DNA of 64,000 nucleotides from Camelus dromedarius (Eukaryota), in the NCBI RefSeq assembly GCF_036321535.1, contig NC_087438.1, positions 8,930,001 through 8,994,000 of the forward strand, read 5' to 3'. This document shows, in pieces, positions 24,650 to 36,229 of the stretch. The stretch's first letter is position 1. Each line of letters opens with the position of its first letter. A program made the translations under genes and the position numbers. The notes below the pieces were generated by a model. The model did not search any database and was not told the DNA's origin. It was given only the letters and a program-made list of their open reading frames with translations.

Positions 24650-24847
24650 GCACAGTAGAATTGTTAAAAATGTGAACTAACTTTTTGCCCTTTTGCAAGT
24701 TATTTAACTTCCGTGCCTCAATTTCCTCATTTGTAAAGCAGGGAGGAACAATTCCATCTGGCTCAAAGTGTTCTGAATATTAATACATGCAAAAGGCTAA
24801 GAACAGTGTCTGGCAGATAATTTCCCAGTAAATGTTAGCTATTATAG
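24650..24847 (+). mobile_element. MIR SINE
   Basis: Core gcaagttatttaacttc.gtgcctcaatttcctcatttgtaaa, and 3' ctaagaacagtgtctggca..taaatgttagctattat. Confidence 0.75.
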
Positions 24848-26687
24848 TCTGAAGTTTTGCTACAGTTAAAAATGATCTTTGTGAAGGATCAGTATTTCCA
24901 AATGATACTTGGGAATGACTTCGGGAACATTTTATAGGCCCTTCAAAATCAGTGTGTTCAAACCTACCCTTATTAGGTCCAGCATTAATATTCTTCTCCA
25001 TGTGCTGACTGTCAACTCCTCTCAGCTACTAAACAAACAACCAAGAAAACCTTTGACCAAGCACAGCCAGGACTATTAGACCTAATATAGTAACAGAGAA
25101 CACTGCTTTGGCAGAATATCAATACAGTCTCAGAGTGGAGAGTTTGGGAAAAGCTACCCATATTAACTGAAAGATGGGAAATGGATCGCAATTGGACAGT
25201 TAATGGCATATTAGTTTAGGACTGATGGATACAGATGGAGAGAGGGTGGTTAAAGTAAACCATGATAAATAAACTGCTGCCTGATAAGCAAGCTCTCTGC
25301 CCAGGTGAGCAATCTATTGTCCAAAAAAGAGAGCTGATGACTCGGATGAAAAACTGCCTCAATTAATTTTCTGAAATGTTATGAAGCAAGCAGGGGAAAT
25401 ATTTATGGGGTACAACTTTAAATACTTGACCAAGGGTTTCACGGAACAAGTGGTTATGCTAATCTGACAGAGGTAGTGATCTTAAATCTCATGCCTCAAG
25501 CTCTATTCTGAATTCATGATATGGCTACTTCCTAGGGGACAAAAACTAAAGCAGATTATAATCCCAAATTTTCCCTTGTCTTCATTCATATGCCTAACTT
25601 ATCATCAGCCATCTATCAGCTATTTTTTGAATGATATTCTAACCAAGTTTCCATGCCTGGACTACCACAGTGTCTTCTTTATTTTTTCCTTACTGTCAAT
25701 ATTAACGTCCCCTGAAACAGTGTCTAAACTATCATTAGAATATAATTGTAGTATTATCAGTCTGTTGTTTAATACCCACCTTGCCTACAGGAGAAAACAC
25801 ATTCTCTTTATATATAAGCTCTTATAATTTATGTAATGGCCAGTTTTAAAGCTTTAACTCCTCCATATGACTATGGTCATATGGATACCTGCCACTGTCA
25901 ATCTATCTTATGCTTTTTCTTTTTTTCTTTTGGACCTCTGTTCCTAGGGAACTAAGCTATTTCCCAGATGTGCTCAGGCCAGTAACTGTAGGCACCCATA
26001 TTGTGACAAATATCATTACTATAATGAACCATGCTGTCTTGGCTGAGTTGAAGCTGAGAGTTGGCTGCTACTGGTGAGAAGAATTAGATGACTACCTTAC
26101 CTTCATGCTTCCATTTGTGCAACTAATTTTGATAGAAGTTGGTGAGTTGTAGGCAAATTTCACCCACCACTGGTGCCAAATCTGGTGGACTTTTGTCACA
26201 CAATAGAGGCTTGGCTGCTTGGCTTAGAGAGCAATGGGGAACCATAAAAATGAGTGACGTTAAGGGAATAAATAATCCAGCTGGTCAATAACAATAGGTA
26301 GTGTTGAGATGAATTTGTGAAATTGCATTATCTTCATAGAGGTATTGATGTCCCAGGCCACTGTCACATGAGGATGGTCACAGCACATATGTGTTATAGT
26401 TTCAGATCCTGCATCTTGATATTTCCTATGATGTTTCCATCTATCATGATAAAATTAAAATCATTTTTCTTTTCGCAGTTGATTTGAAGGACCTGCAAGA
26501 CACAGATGTCCAGCTGAATGGTAGCTTAACAGTACCAGCTGAGGAAGCCTGATGAAAGCTCCCGTAGTAAACTCTAGTCCCATAGTAAACTCTGGTCCTG
26601 TGAAGAAAGTCCACTTGGTGTCATATCTTTACTGTCTAAAGCAGTCCTTCAGAATCTGTAGGTGCTTGATAAACATTTACTAAAGAA

Positions 26688-26765
26688 TGGAAGGAAGGAA
26701 GAAAGGAGGAGAGAGAGGGAGGAACAGAGGGTGGGGGTAGAGAGGAAGGAAGAAAGGAAGGAATG
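26688..26765 (+). repeat. (GGAA)n / GA-rich low-complexity tract
   Basis: Visible in the sequence. Confidence 0.8.
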
Positions 26766-26853
26766 AAACATTTGAGACTAGAAGAGGAAAACAAAATTAA
26801 GAAGAAAGGCAGGAAGGGAGCTGGCTTATTTAAAAGCCACTTGTTGGGTAGGT

Positions 26854-26990
26854 GGGGTGGTGGAGGATATAGCTCAAATGGTAGAGAGCATGTTTAGCAT
26901 GCATGAAATCCTGGGTTCGATCCCCACTACCTCCTCTAAAAATAAATAAATAAATCTAGTTATCTTTCCCGCCAACACCAAAAAAAAAAA
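26854..26990 (+). mobile_element. Full tRNA-derived SINE (camelid Vic-1-like)
   Basis: A box tagctcaaatgg, B box ggttcgatcc, (taaa)n body and polyA. Imperfect TSD aaaagccactt / aaaagttactt. Confidence 0.88.
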
Positions 26991-27789
26991 AAGTTACTTA
27001 CATTCTTGTATTTTATATGTAAAAAATTCCTACACATAAAATAAAGTAGGTATTTTTATGTTTTCACTATGTGAAATTGGTTCAAGATAAGTGAAAGTTG
27101 CTTTTGGTGAGAAAAATCTGGGATAAAATACTATAATTTCTGACCTGCACTAAACTAGAAAAAGAAAATATTATAAAAATAGTATTTATAATAGCCAGAT
27201 GAGAACATTTTAGACAAGAATAGCTAAGTAATGTACACCTATATGTAACATATGTATACATATATATAGACTTCAGTACAAGTGAAAATTAAACAGAACC
27301 TATGAATACTATGTAGATTGTTAATCAGAAAGGAAACCTCGCTGGCCTTCTTTTTTGTTGTTTGCTTCCTTCATTCATCTTGGTGGTAGAATTGGAGCAT
27401 CCGGTCTAATCCTTGCCCTTTTGGATTGAGAAAACAGTGTTCATTACTGAAAAATTCAGCATAAAGTAGAGTAATTCTTAACCTTTTAATAATTCCTCTG
27501 AGGTTGATATATTTGGCCAACAAAGGAACTCTCGATTTTCAAGGTCCATTTGGGAGGTTTGCCTCATGCAAAGGGAATCATTTGGAAACTCTAAAGCTTT
27601 CATCTCTTTCTCTTCTTACATATGTTAAGTTAGTAAGCATCCACCCAAAATATTTCATAGTAGGGTCATTGTCTACAGATTGATATTTTTATACAGACAC
27701 CATTGTCTCTGGATTATATTACAGAAGTGAAAGGGAAAATGGAGCTCACTAGCTTCAGATGATCTGCAGCTCAGTGATTTAGGCTCCTC

Positions 27790-27985
27790 AGAGTTTCTCA
27801 GCATTTTAGCTTGAATACTTCTTAGGTATTGGGAGCTGATCTGTGCATTGTGTGGGGTTTACAGCATCCCTGAACTCCACTCATTAGCAAGTTAGCATCT
27901 CCCCCAGATTATGATAATCAAAAAATGTCCCCAGCCACTGCCCAATGTCCCTTGGGAGCAAGAACATCTCCAGTTGAGAATCACC
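27790..27985 (+). mobile_element. MER20-like hAT-Charlie DNA transposon
   Basis: ctgtgcattg..tttacagcatccctg..aatcaaaaaatgtccccag..gcccaatgtccc..ccagttgagaatcac. Confidence 0.8.
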
Positions 27986-28453
27986 AAGACAACAATTGAA
28001 AGGCTGCATACATACATGTTAGCATAGAAGTGGCCAATTTTTTTCACAGTGTAGCAGTATGGATACACATTTTCCAATGATGAGACCAAACATACATTGT
28101 TTAAAAAATGTTTTTCTCTTGTGTTGTTGCAATACTGCATTCTAATTTGACCTTCCCTTGGATACTTCTTTATCAAAATGTAATTATATTATAATTATGC
28201 CTTCTGCTGAGTCATTTAGAAAATATTAGGTGTTGATAAATAAAAGATATATGTTTGGTAATAAAATAATTTGACTAAGAAAAAATGTAGCTCTAAGCGA
28301 TAAAAGAAATTTGTAATCTAATTTTATCAAGTTGCATTGGCAAGAAGCTATTCAGCTTGCATAGTGGAGTAATTGAGCACTTGATGCATAGTGTGGCGAG
28401 GATAAACATCTGGCTTCTCAATATCGTATCTTACAATGGACATTCGGAGCAGA

Positions 28454-28490
28454 TGCCATTCCAACTTCTGGTGAGGAAGTTGGAATGGCA
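28454..28490. repeat. Perfect hairpin, 15-bp stem and 7-nt loop
   Basis: tgccattccaacttc-tggtgag-gaagttggaatggca. Confidence 0.95.
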
Positions 28491-28900
28491 GAACTGCTTT
28501 CAAAAATGAAAGCTTAGATGAAGGTCTTTCTCTCATTCAGAATAGCTCATATGAAATGATAATCAGTTCAATTTGAAGTCACCATAGAAACTTTAAGATG
28601 GTAAAATCATTTTCTGACTCTTCACTGTTTTTTACAGAGAGGACAGAATTATCAAAGTCAGATTAATTTTTTTCTCAACTTAGCTTTATTTTAATTTGTT
28701 ATTAAATTCTGTTTTCATTCTCACCACATTTATGACTCTGTTACACGTGAACTCATCTATAATCTGAAGCAATAACTAGTGTGATGCTTATCTTGGATTT
28801 CCTCTTGCCAAGATAAAAATAAAATTGCCTCTATGTAGACATTTGAGATTGTGACAAAAATAAGGAGAGTCCTGTAATGGAAACTGTAAGCTAGATTAAC

Positions 28901-29080
28901 CAGGGATTCTCAAAGAGTGGTTTCTCATCAGCAGCATCAGCTGCTAGATGTTCATTAGAAATGAAAAGGCTTAGGCTCAACTCCAGACCTACTGAACATT
29001 GCTCTGGAGGTGAGGCCCAGCCATGTGTTTTATTAAGCCGACCAGGGGGTAGTGATGATTGTCAACGGCTGAGAACCAGT
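28901..29080 (+). mobile_element. MER5A-like hAT-Charlie DNA transposon
   Basis: cagggattctcaaagagtgg..cagcagcatcagc..ccagacctactgaa..tgagaaccagtg. Confidence 0.82.
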
Positions 29081-30181
29081 GCACCCATGCCTCTGTATCA
29101 GCACGCTGACAGTGGAAAAGGGATTCAGAGTTTGCAAAATGATATTCTCTGCATCACCTCCTAGGGAGAATGGATGGAGTCTGGTACTTAAGTCCCAAAC
29201 CATACAGGATGCAATTTGATAAAATTCATTAAGATTCGTCTAACAACCACTCACCCCGGTAATCCCATATCCTTGCTCCCTTCTCTTCCCTCTCCTACTG
29301 GTGAATGCACACAAGTAGGTCCAATCCTCAGACTGGGAAATACAACCTTATCAGATTATTCATCTAGTACAGTCAGTCTTTTCCTAAAGCGGGGCCGGGT
29401 GCAAGAATTTCCTAGCAGCTTCTGGTTAGACTTTCCTCCAGATAGTTACACAGCCACACCACATCAGCCAAATGAAATTGTTGGAAGGGTCTTCAGTAAT
29501 ATTCCAAAGTAGAGGTGGTGGTGAAAGAGGGCAGGAGACATGTATGATGGTAGGGTGCAAAGAGAGATTTTTAGGAGATTGAATTGACTTTGGTAGAAAA
29601 AGATTTAAGCCAGAGCTAGCATCTGAGGCTGTTGAAAAAGTTTGTCCTTGCAAATTGACTTTTATATCACTTTCCTGACTAGCATTCAAGAATGACCTCA
29701 TCTGTTACTAGGGACCAGTTTGCAGATCACCATCCCTAGAATGTCAGGAGGCAGTCAGGAGATTTTGAGAAGGTAAAGAGTCTACCCAGTTTGAATAATG
29801 AAAGGGCACTGATGATCTAGGGACTAGATGCCCAGTGAAATTCGTTACCTCTAGAGAGAAGGCTGTGGTGTTTATGACCCTTGTAGCTCTTTGTAGGAAT
29901 TTGTATCATTACTATCTTTATCTGTATCAATATAGAGGGGTGTATGTTTCCCTGTGCTTATCACTGGTGATAAAAAGGATGGTGTGTGTGTGTGTGTGTG
30001 GGCGTGCGTGCGTGCAAGTGTGTTTAGTGAACAGCATAGAAAAGGGGAATGGAGTCAAAATTGTATCCCTGGGATTTGTCTTGGAAAACTGGATGGTTAG
30101 CCATGCCATTAACAGGATAATATGACAATAATGGAGTACTTATCTAGTCATGTCAGTCTTGGGCTTAGAAATCTAGGACAG

Positions 30182-30712
30182 TGTCGTAGCCACAGAACCA
30201 ACCCAAACTGGCCCCATCTTGCTATTAACAAGATAATAAGACATTGTGTTGTTTTCAGAGACAGCAGAACAAAACCACAAGTCATGCAGTTGAAGCTTGC
30301 TCAGAGGAGAATATTTTCTCAAATAACACTGAGAACCAAAGATTCTCCCCTTCATGAATCCGAAGGATTGGAACATGACCAGACCCTGAATACCCAAACC
30401 CTCTCAGAAGGGAAAGGACCATTGTCCAGGGAGACCCAGTGCTGAAGCCCCTTTACGAGACCTGGCGATAAAGGACCAACTGCCCTACCCTCCAGTCAAA
30501 ACCTGTCCCATCAGTACTTCCAGTATCAATCCTCCTCCACTGACCCAGAAAAGCTTGTCTGAACCCCAGATTGGGGAGACAGAGCTGAGCTTTGCCTCCT
30601 TTCTCCTTGCTCGGCCACCCTGCAATAAAGCCTCTTCTCTCAGCAAAAGAATTTTGCCTTGATGTCTGGTCTTGTCTTTGAGCAGCAGGCAAGAAGCCTT
30701 TGCTTGGTAACA
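30182..30712 (+). mobile_element. ERV1-class solo LTR
   Basis: Contains ggccccatcttg, caataaagcc (polyA signal) and ends ..ttggtaaCA. The left end is uncertain by a few bp. Confidence 0.8.
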
Positions 30713-33047
30713 ATGTAAAATCAGGTGGTACTGATTATTAGAGCTCATATCTTTCTAAATTAGGGTGCATGTGAAATTTTGGCTGAAATGTATCCACTGC
30801 ATAAATAAGTTAAAAAAATCCTCAAAGAGCCATTAAATTTTATATGAAAACGGCAATTAATTTTAGCTTTATCGTTTTTTCTTTTTTCTAATAGGATTTG
30901 TTCTTATGAGTACAATTGTAGGGAAAAGTAGGTCAGTCATTTGACTTCTGAAGACCACTTTAGAGAAAGATGGACAGAATTTGGGTTCCACAACTTGTCA
31001 CAGGACCAAGTTAACGATTAGTAGTGGTTTGAAATTTGTGCTGTGATCAGTACTATTTGGCTGTGTTCGTATCATTCTTGTCTGACTCTGTCTGAGCATT
31101 TAATATAGGAAAGTTTAGAGCCACATTAGGAGAAACTGTTTGGAAATATGAACACAAGAAGAATCCTCATAAGTTTGGGTCATTGCATCTTTAAAACCAG
31201 GCAGTCTTGTTTAATAATGCAGACACGCTAGACCTACACCACTGAAAATAATGTTCCCAGGACAATTGTAAACTCAGTGACACTGCACACGCAGCTATGT
31301 CCATGATTTAGGAAGCCAACTGTATGTGAAATAACTATGTATATAAATTGTTATTAGAGACTTTTTAATGGGAAATATATTTCTAGAATTTGTTGCACAT
31401 ATACATTCTTAACAACAATATTTTTGTTATTTTTTTCCACTTATATTTATTAAAAGGAGAAAATATTTTCCCCTGCATCTAATGAAGTCTTCCAAATTAT
31501 CAGATTATATTTTCAATATTAGGATATAAAACAGGGATGGAATTTTCACATTTAAGATTTTTCATAATGGAATCAAGGGCCAATAATCAACTGAAGAGCA
31601 AAAATATAAAATATATTATTTATATTGAACTTCCATGAAATACTTTAAATATTTTGAATTGTGGAAATGTGAATTTTTATACTGATTATTGATGTACCTA
31701 TTCATGTGGGAAAAATATGAATGCTACAGTTCACTTTCCTAAAGTGTATGAAAAGAAAATTACATAAGTGGCTTTAAAATTGGTATAACAAAAGATACAC
31801 CAAGGAGTACTATTTAATCCAATGACGACCCAAGGCTCTGTGTCTTCCAGTACGTTGTGTTGCTTCAGCTGTTTCATTTCCATGATTACAAATGCAATTG
31901 TTCTCAGAGTCAGCAGTAACACTTCTTTATTTTTCTTATTATACTCAACATTTTCAATTTATTAAAATAGTAGATCCTAATTTTAGAAAATCTAGACCAT
32001 CTAGCAAAGCATAAGGAATATTAAAAACTGTCTGGAAAATATTTTGGTAGATGGAGATTATTTATTATAGCTGTCAACATATTTGTATATTTCCTACCAA
32101 TATATTTTGCTAACCACTTTGATTAATATGACATGTATAATGTTATATATATGTGTGTACGTGTGTATACATGATTATACATTTATAAGATTTAGATCAT
32201 AGTATATATATCCTGCTCATATTAATATTTATATGCCTTTTTTTAATGGCTGCACAATCCACTGTGAGTCCATTTACAATTAGACTCACAGGTTGATTCT
32301 AAGATTTTTCTAGTGTAAACATTGACGTGCATATTTTTAAACACTCTTTTTTGTACATGTTTCTTCTTGTTTCCTTAAGATATTTGCTACGAGGGAAATT
32401 TAGGAACCAAGTAGCATGATCTTTTTACAGGTCTCCTAAAATATACTGCCACATTGCATTTTGAAGTTTGCAGTAAACTCTGCTGAGTCGTAACCCAAAA
32501 TCTGTTCTCAACTATCTCACATTAAACAAGGATATAATGGTTAAAGACATAACAGTAATCAAATGGCCATAAAGGAAAAATCCAGGTGAAATGTAGCTTG
32601 ACAACTGACAATGCAACCAACTGAGATAGCTCTAACGAAAGTCATCTTCAGACACACCGTGTGAGAAAAATAAACCCCTACCGCTTTTAAGCCTCTTTTA
32701 CTTCCCTTTTGCCTTTTTATTTATTTATCGTGCAACTGACATTATTTGTAACTCATACAAAGATGCTTAGTAGAGGCAAAATGCTTTTCATTATTTCATG
32801 TGAAATAATAAGCCTTATTTGGCATTGTCTAGTGAATAATACCAGCTTTCATGTTAGAGTAAACAGGATGGCTCAGAAGTATAATTTTTCAGTGGAAAGA
32901 TAAATGTTCTCTATTTAACTTTTTTTTTTTTTTTTGACATAGAGGTTCCAGAAGTGTTTTGGAGATTAGGTATGCAGACTCCTAAAGCTAGTTGCTATTT
33001 AGATAACCTTTTTCAAATGGGATTTTACATTCCAGTGATGTATTGAG

Positions 33048-33140
33048 TGAGAGAGATGGAGAAAGATAGACATAGAAATAGAGAGAGAGAGACTAAAAAA
33101 GTGAAATAGACAGAGACAGAAATAGAGACAAAGAGACTAA
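33048..33140 (+). repeat. GA-rich simple repeat
   Basis: Visible in the sequence. Confidence 0.75.
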
Positions 33141-34654
33141 AATTAGAGGGTCTTGTTTCCAGTGATTCGGAAAATGTTTCTGAAAAATCGTGTCGAGTCT
33201 TCCCATTTCATATCACATGCTGATCTTTGTAAACAATTTAAAAATCATATTTCTCTTCTTATGGAAGGAAAATCCTTTCACTTCAACATATGTTAACATA
33301 GTAATTCCTTGACTCCAACAATTTACAAATATACTGAAACCCAATGATTTCAAATTTAAAAGAAGGGGAAATTTTCTGTTCTTGCTGCTGTCGAAATGTG
33401 CTCCACTAGAAATAATTTCTTGTCCTAAATTCTAGCTATCATAAGACACTGATACTGTTCACCAGGAGAATGCAAAGAACCATGTAACAGAGGGACAAGG
33501 CAGATGAGCTGAAATAAAAATTAACCATTCACAAATGTGTTCATCAGCACTTTTCCGTATTTGGATAGAAAACATTGATAGTGCCAAATATTCAATTATG
33601 TGAATATTCTTTCACTGAGTGACTTCCATATATTTCAGTTTTATTAATAGCACTAATCCATTTGAATTTCCATCATCAAATTCTTACACTCTCAATCTGG
33701 GATCTAGTCCAAATTCCATATGCATTTATAGTCTTAAATCTCTCTCGGGTGCTTTGTGTGCATCTATAAAACGTAACAAGGTGTAACTGGGTTTAGGTCT
33801 CTATTGGTCTAGATGCTTCTTAAGTCCTAAATTCTGCTATCCTAACTGCAGGGCTTCTTCAGAAGCCAATACACGTTCCGAAATCACTTCTTTCTTCGGC
33901 TGAGTCCATTCATTTTCTATTTCTGAGTTTCACTCTCTTTCTGCAAAATGTCTTAGCATCATAAAAACAATAGGTATGTCAGTTATATTCATCATTTTGT
34001 CTCCTGGGCCAGGTATAAAGGGGTCATTCAATAAATATTTTCTGACTCTACTTCAGTGTTTATTAATTTAGAAATTGACAAACACTTGGTGAGAATTCCA
34101 AGAGCTGTATAAATGGTTTAATAGTGATTGATAGTTCTATCTTAAATTATACTTAATTTCACTTCCTAGAGTTAAATAACATCACAATTATTTATTGCAT
34201 TTTTGGAGCTATTTCATGCAGATGTATTTTTGTTTGCATGAGGATGACATATACGTGCTTTGTGTAAGTAAAGCCACACGATGTTCATGTAACAATGCAT
34301 AATCCACTTTAACTTTTAAAGGACTTTATAAGTACCCTGTTGTATGAATGACCTGTATTTTCTTTAAGTAAGTACCTTATTCACGTATATGTGAGTAGTT
34401 TCCAGCTGTTACTACTATATGTGACTTTGTAGTGGACAGTCTTATATGTGCATTTTGCTTAAGAAAATAACTGTAAAAGTCAGCAAGAAAGTGCATTTTG
34501 AATTTCCATGTGTTACTTAGTTCAGCCTCATTCTAGAAAGATTGTGATACTTGACTCTTTCATTGCAGAGCCTGAAAGTGTTGTTTTCCAATATCTTTTC
34601 TAACATGATCTTTATTTCACTCAGTAATCTTTGTATTTTATTAACCACATATAA

Positions 34655-35765
34655 GAACAAATTCTTGATTGCTACTCTCCAAAACCTGCCCCTCAGTCAT
34701 TCCTGTCTCAGTTAATGGCAACTTAAATTGCACTAGGGTTCTCCAGAGACAGGGTTTCTATGCTGCAGTCTTGAGGAAAAATTTCTTCAGTCTTTGCTCT
34801 TAAGGATTTCAACTGATCAGATGAGGCCCACCTACATTGTGGAGGGTAATCTGCTTTACATAAATTCTACTGAATTAAATGTTAATCCCATCTAAAATAT
34901 ACCTCACAGTAACATCCACTCTGGTGCTTTACCAAACAATTGGACTTCATGGTCTGGCCCAGTTGTCACATAAGATTAACCATCACAGCAGTCTACCCAT
35001 TCATTGCTCAGGCTCCACATCTTGAAGTCATCCTTGACTAGTCTCTTTCATGTGACGTAACTACTACATAACTAAGCTCCATAAGTTTTACCATCAAAAC
35101 ATGTCTGCTTCACTCCACATTCATTGTCATCCAAGTAAGCTTTTGCTTAGTTTACTACAGGGGTCTCCTAATCACTCTTTTACTTCCCACACTTGCCTCT
35201 CCCACTCCCCACCCTCCTCCAGCATATGTATATTTTCCATAAAACAATCAGAATAACCTTTACTGAGGTCACTCCTCTGCTCAAAACAGCCCAATAGCTT
35301 CTCATCTCAAGACAAGTAAAACGGAAGCTCCTCATTGCTCATAAGGCTCCAGAGTGTCCACCTCTGCTCCATTTCCCATCACTCCAGGCACCGTAGCCCC
35401 CTTGCTGTCCTTTGAACAAGCCAAACATGGTCCTACCTTGGGCCTTTTCCTTTCTGTTCCACCTGCCTAGAACTCCCTTCCCCCAGATACCTGCCTTGCA
35501 TCGTTCCTCACTGTCTTTCCATCTCTGCCTCCAAATTGTTATCACAGAGAAAGTCTCTATACCTATTACTCTGCTTTATTTTCCTTCTTGCAATAATCAC
35601 ATTTGATGTGAAGTGTGTGCATTGTGAACTTGCCAACTTATTGTCTATTAATTCCTCTTCGCACAGTCTGACGTTAGTGCCATGAAATTTGAGACAAGGC
35701 CAATGTGGTGTCTCCAAGCAATTAGAATTGATTTTGGCACATAGAGCCTCCACTCTAAAAATTCA
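34655..35765 (+). mobile_element. L2 LINE 3' region, interrupted by an MLT2 LTR
   Basis: ttcctgtctcagttaatggcaac..gaagtcatccttgact..gtcactcctctgctcaaaac..ctgttccacctgcctagaac. Confidence 0.7.
34728..34987 (-). mobile_element. ERVL LTR (MLT2-like, internally deleted)
   Basis: tagggttctccagagac..ttcaactgatcagatgaggcccacc..agattaaccatcaca. Confidence 0.82.
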
Positions 35766-36229
35766 TAGATTCATTACTTGATTTGCAATATTTCTTTAAT
35801 TTAAGTGCCCCTTTTTGAATTATTGAATGAATACTAATATGTACTAGACTCATGCTGTATTAATTATTCATAGTATTTTTATTTCATGCTTTTAAATTGT
35901 TTGTTATGTATCTTTTATATCTTTTTTATAAATAAGAAAACAGAATCAAAGAGTTTAACTATTTGACTGTTACAGAGCTGAAAATACATAGAACTATAAT
36001 TAAGAACTAGGTTTTTGACTCAAAAGACTATCATGTAAAAAATGATTTTATGTTTAAAAAATAATGTTTCATTTATATGCACTTATCCAAAGGTATCAGG
36101 GGAAAAAAGCCACACAAATTCATAAAACTTCAGAAGTGTTCACTTTAAAACAGTGTATAAAATACATAAAATTATCTGGACTATATACTCAGAATAATAA
36201 AACCAGCTTTCATAAGAGGACTCTCAAAG

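Noticed and set aside
26860..26935. Functional tRNA genes (also 16244-16325 and 56983-57056)
   Set aside because: They have SINE-type ends and mutated stems, and the 26.9-kb copy has a SINE body with polyA and TSD.
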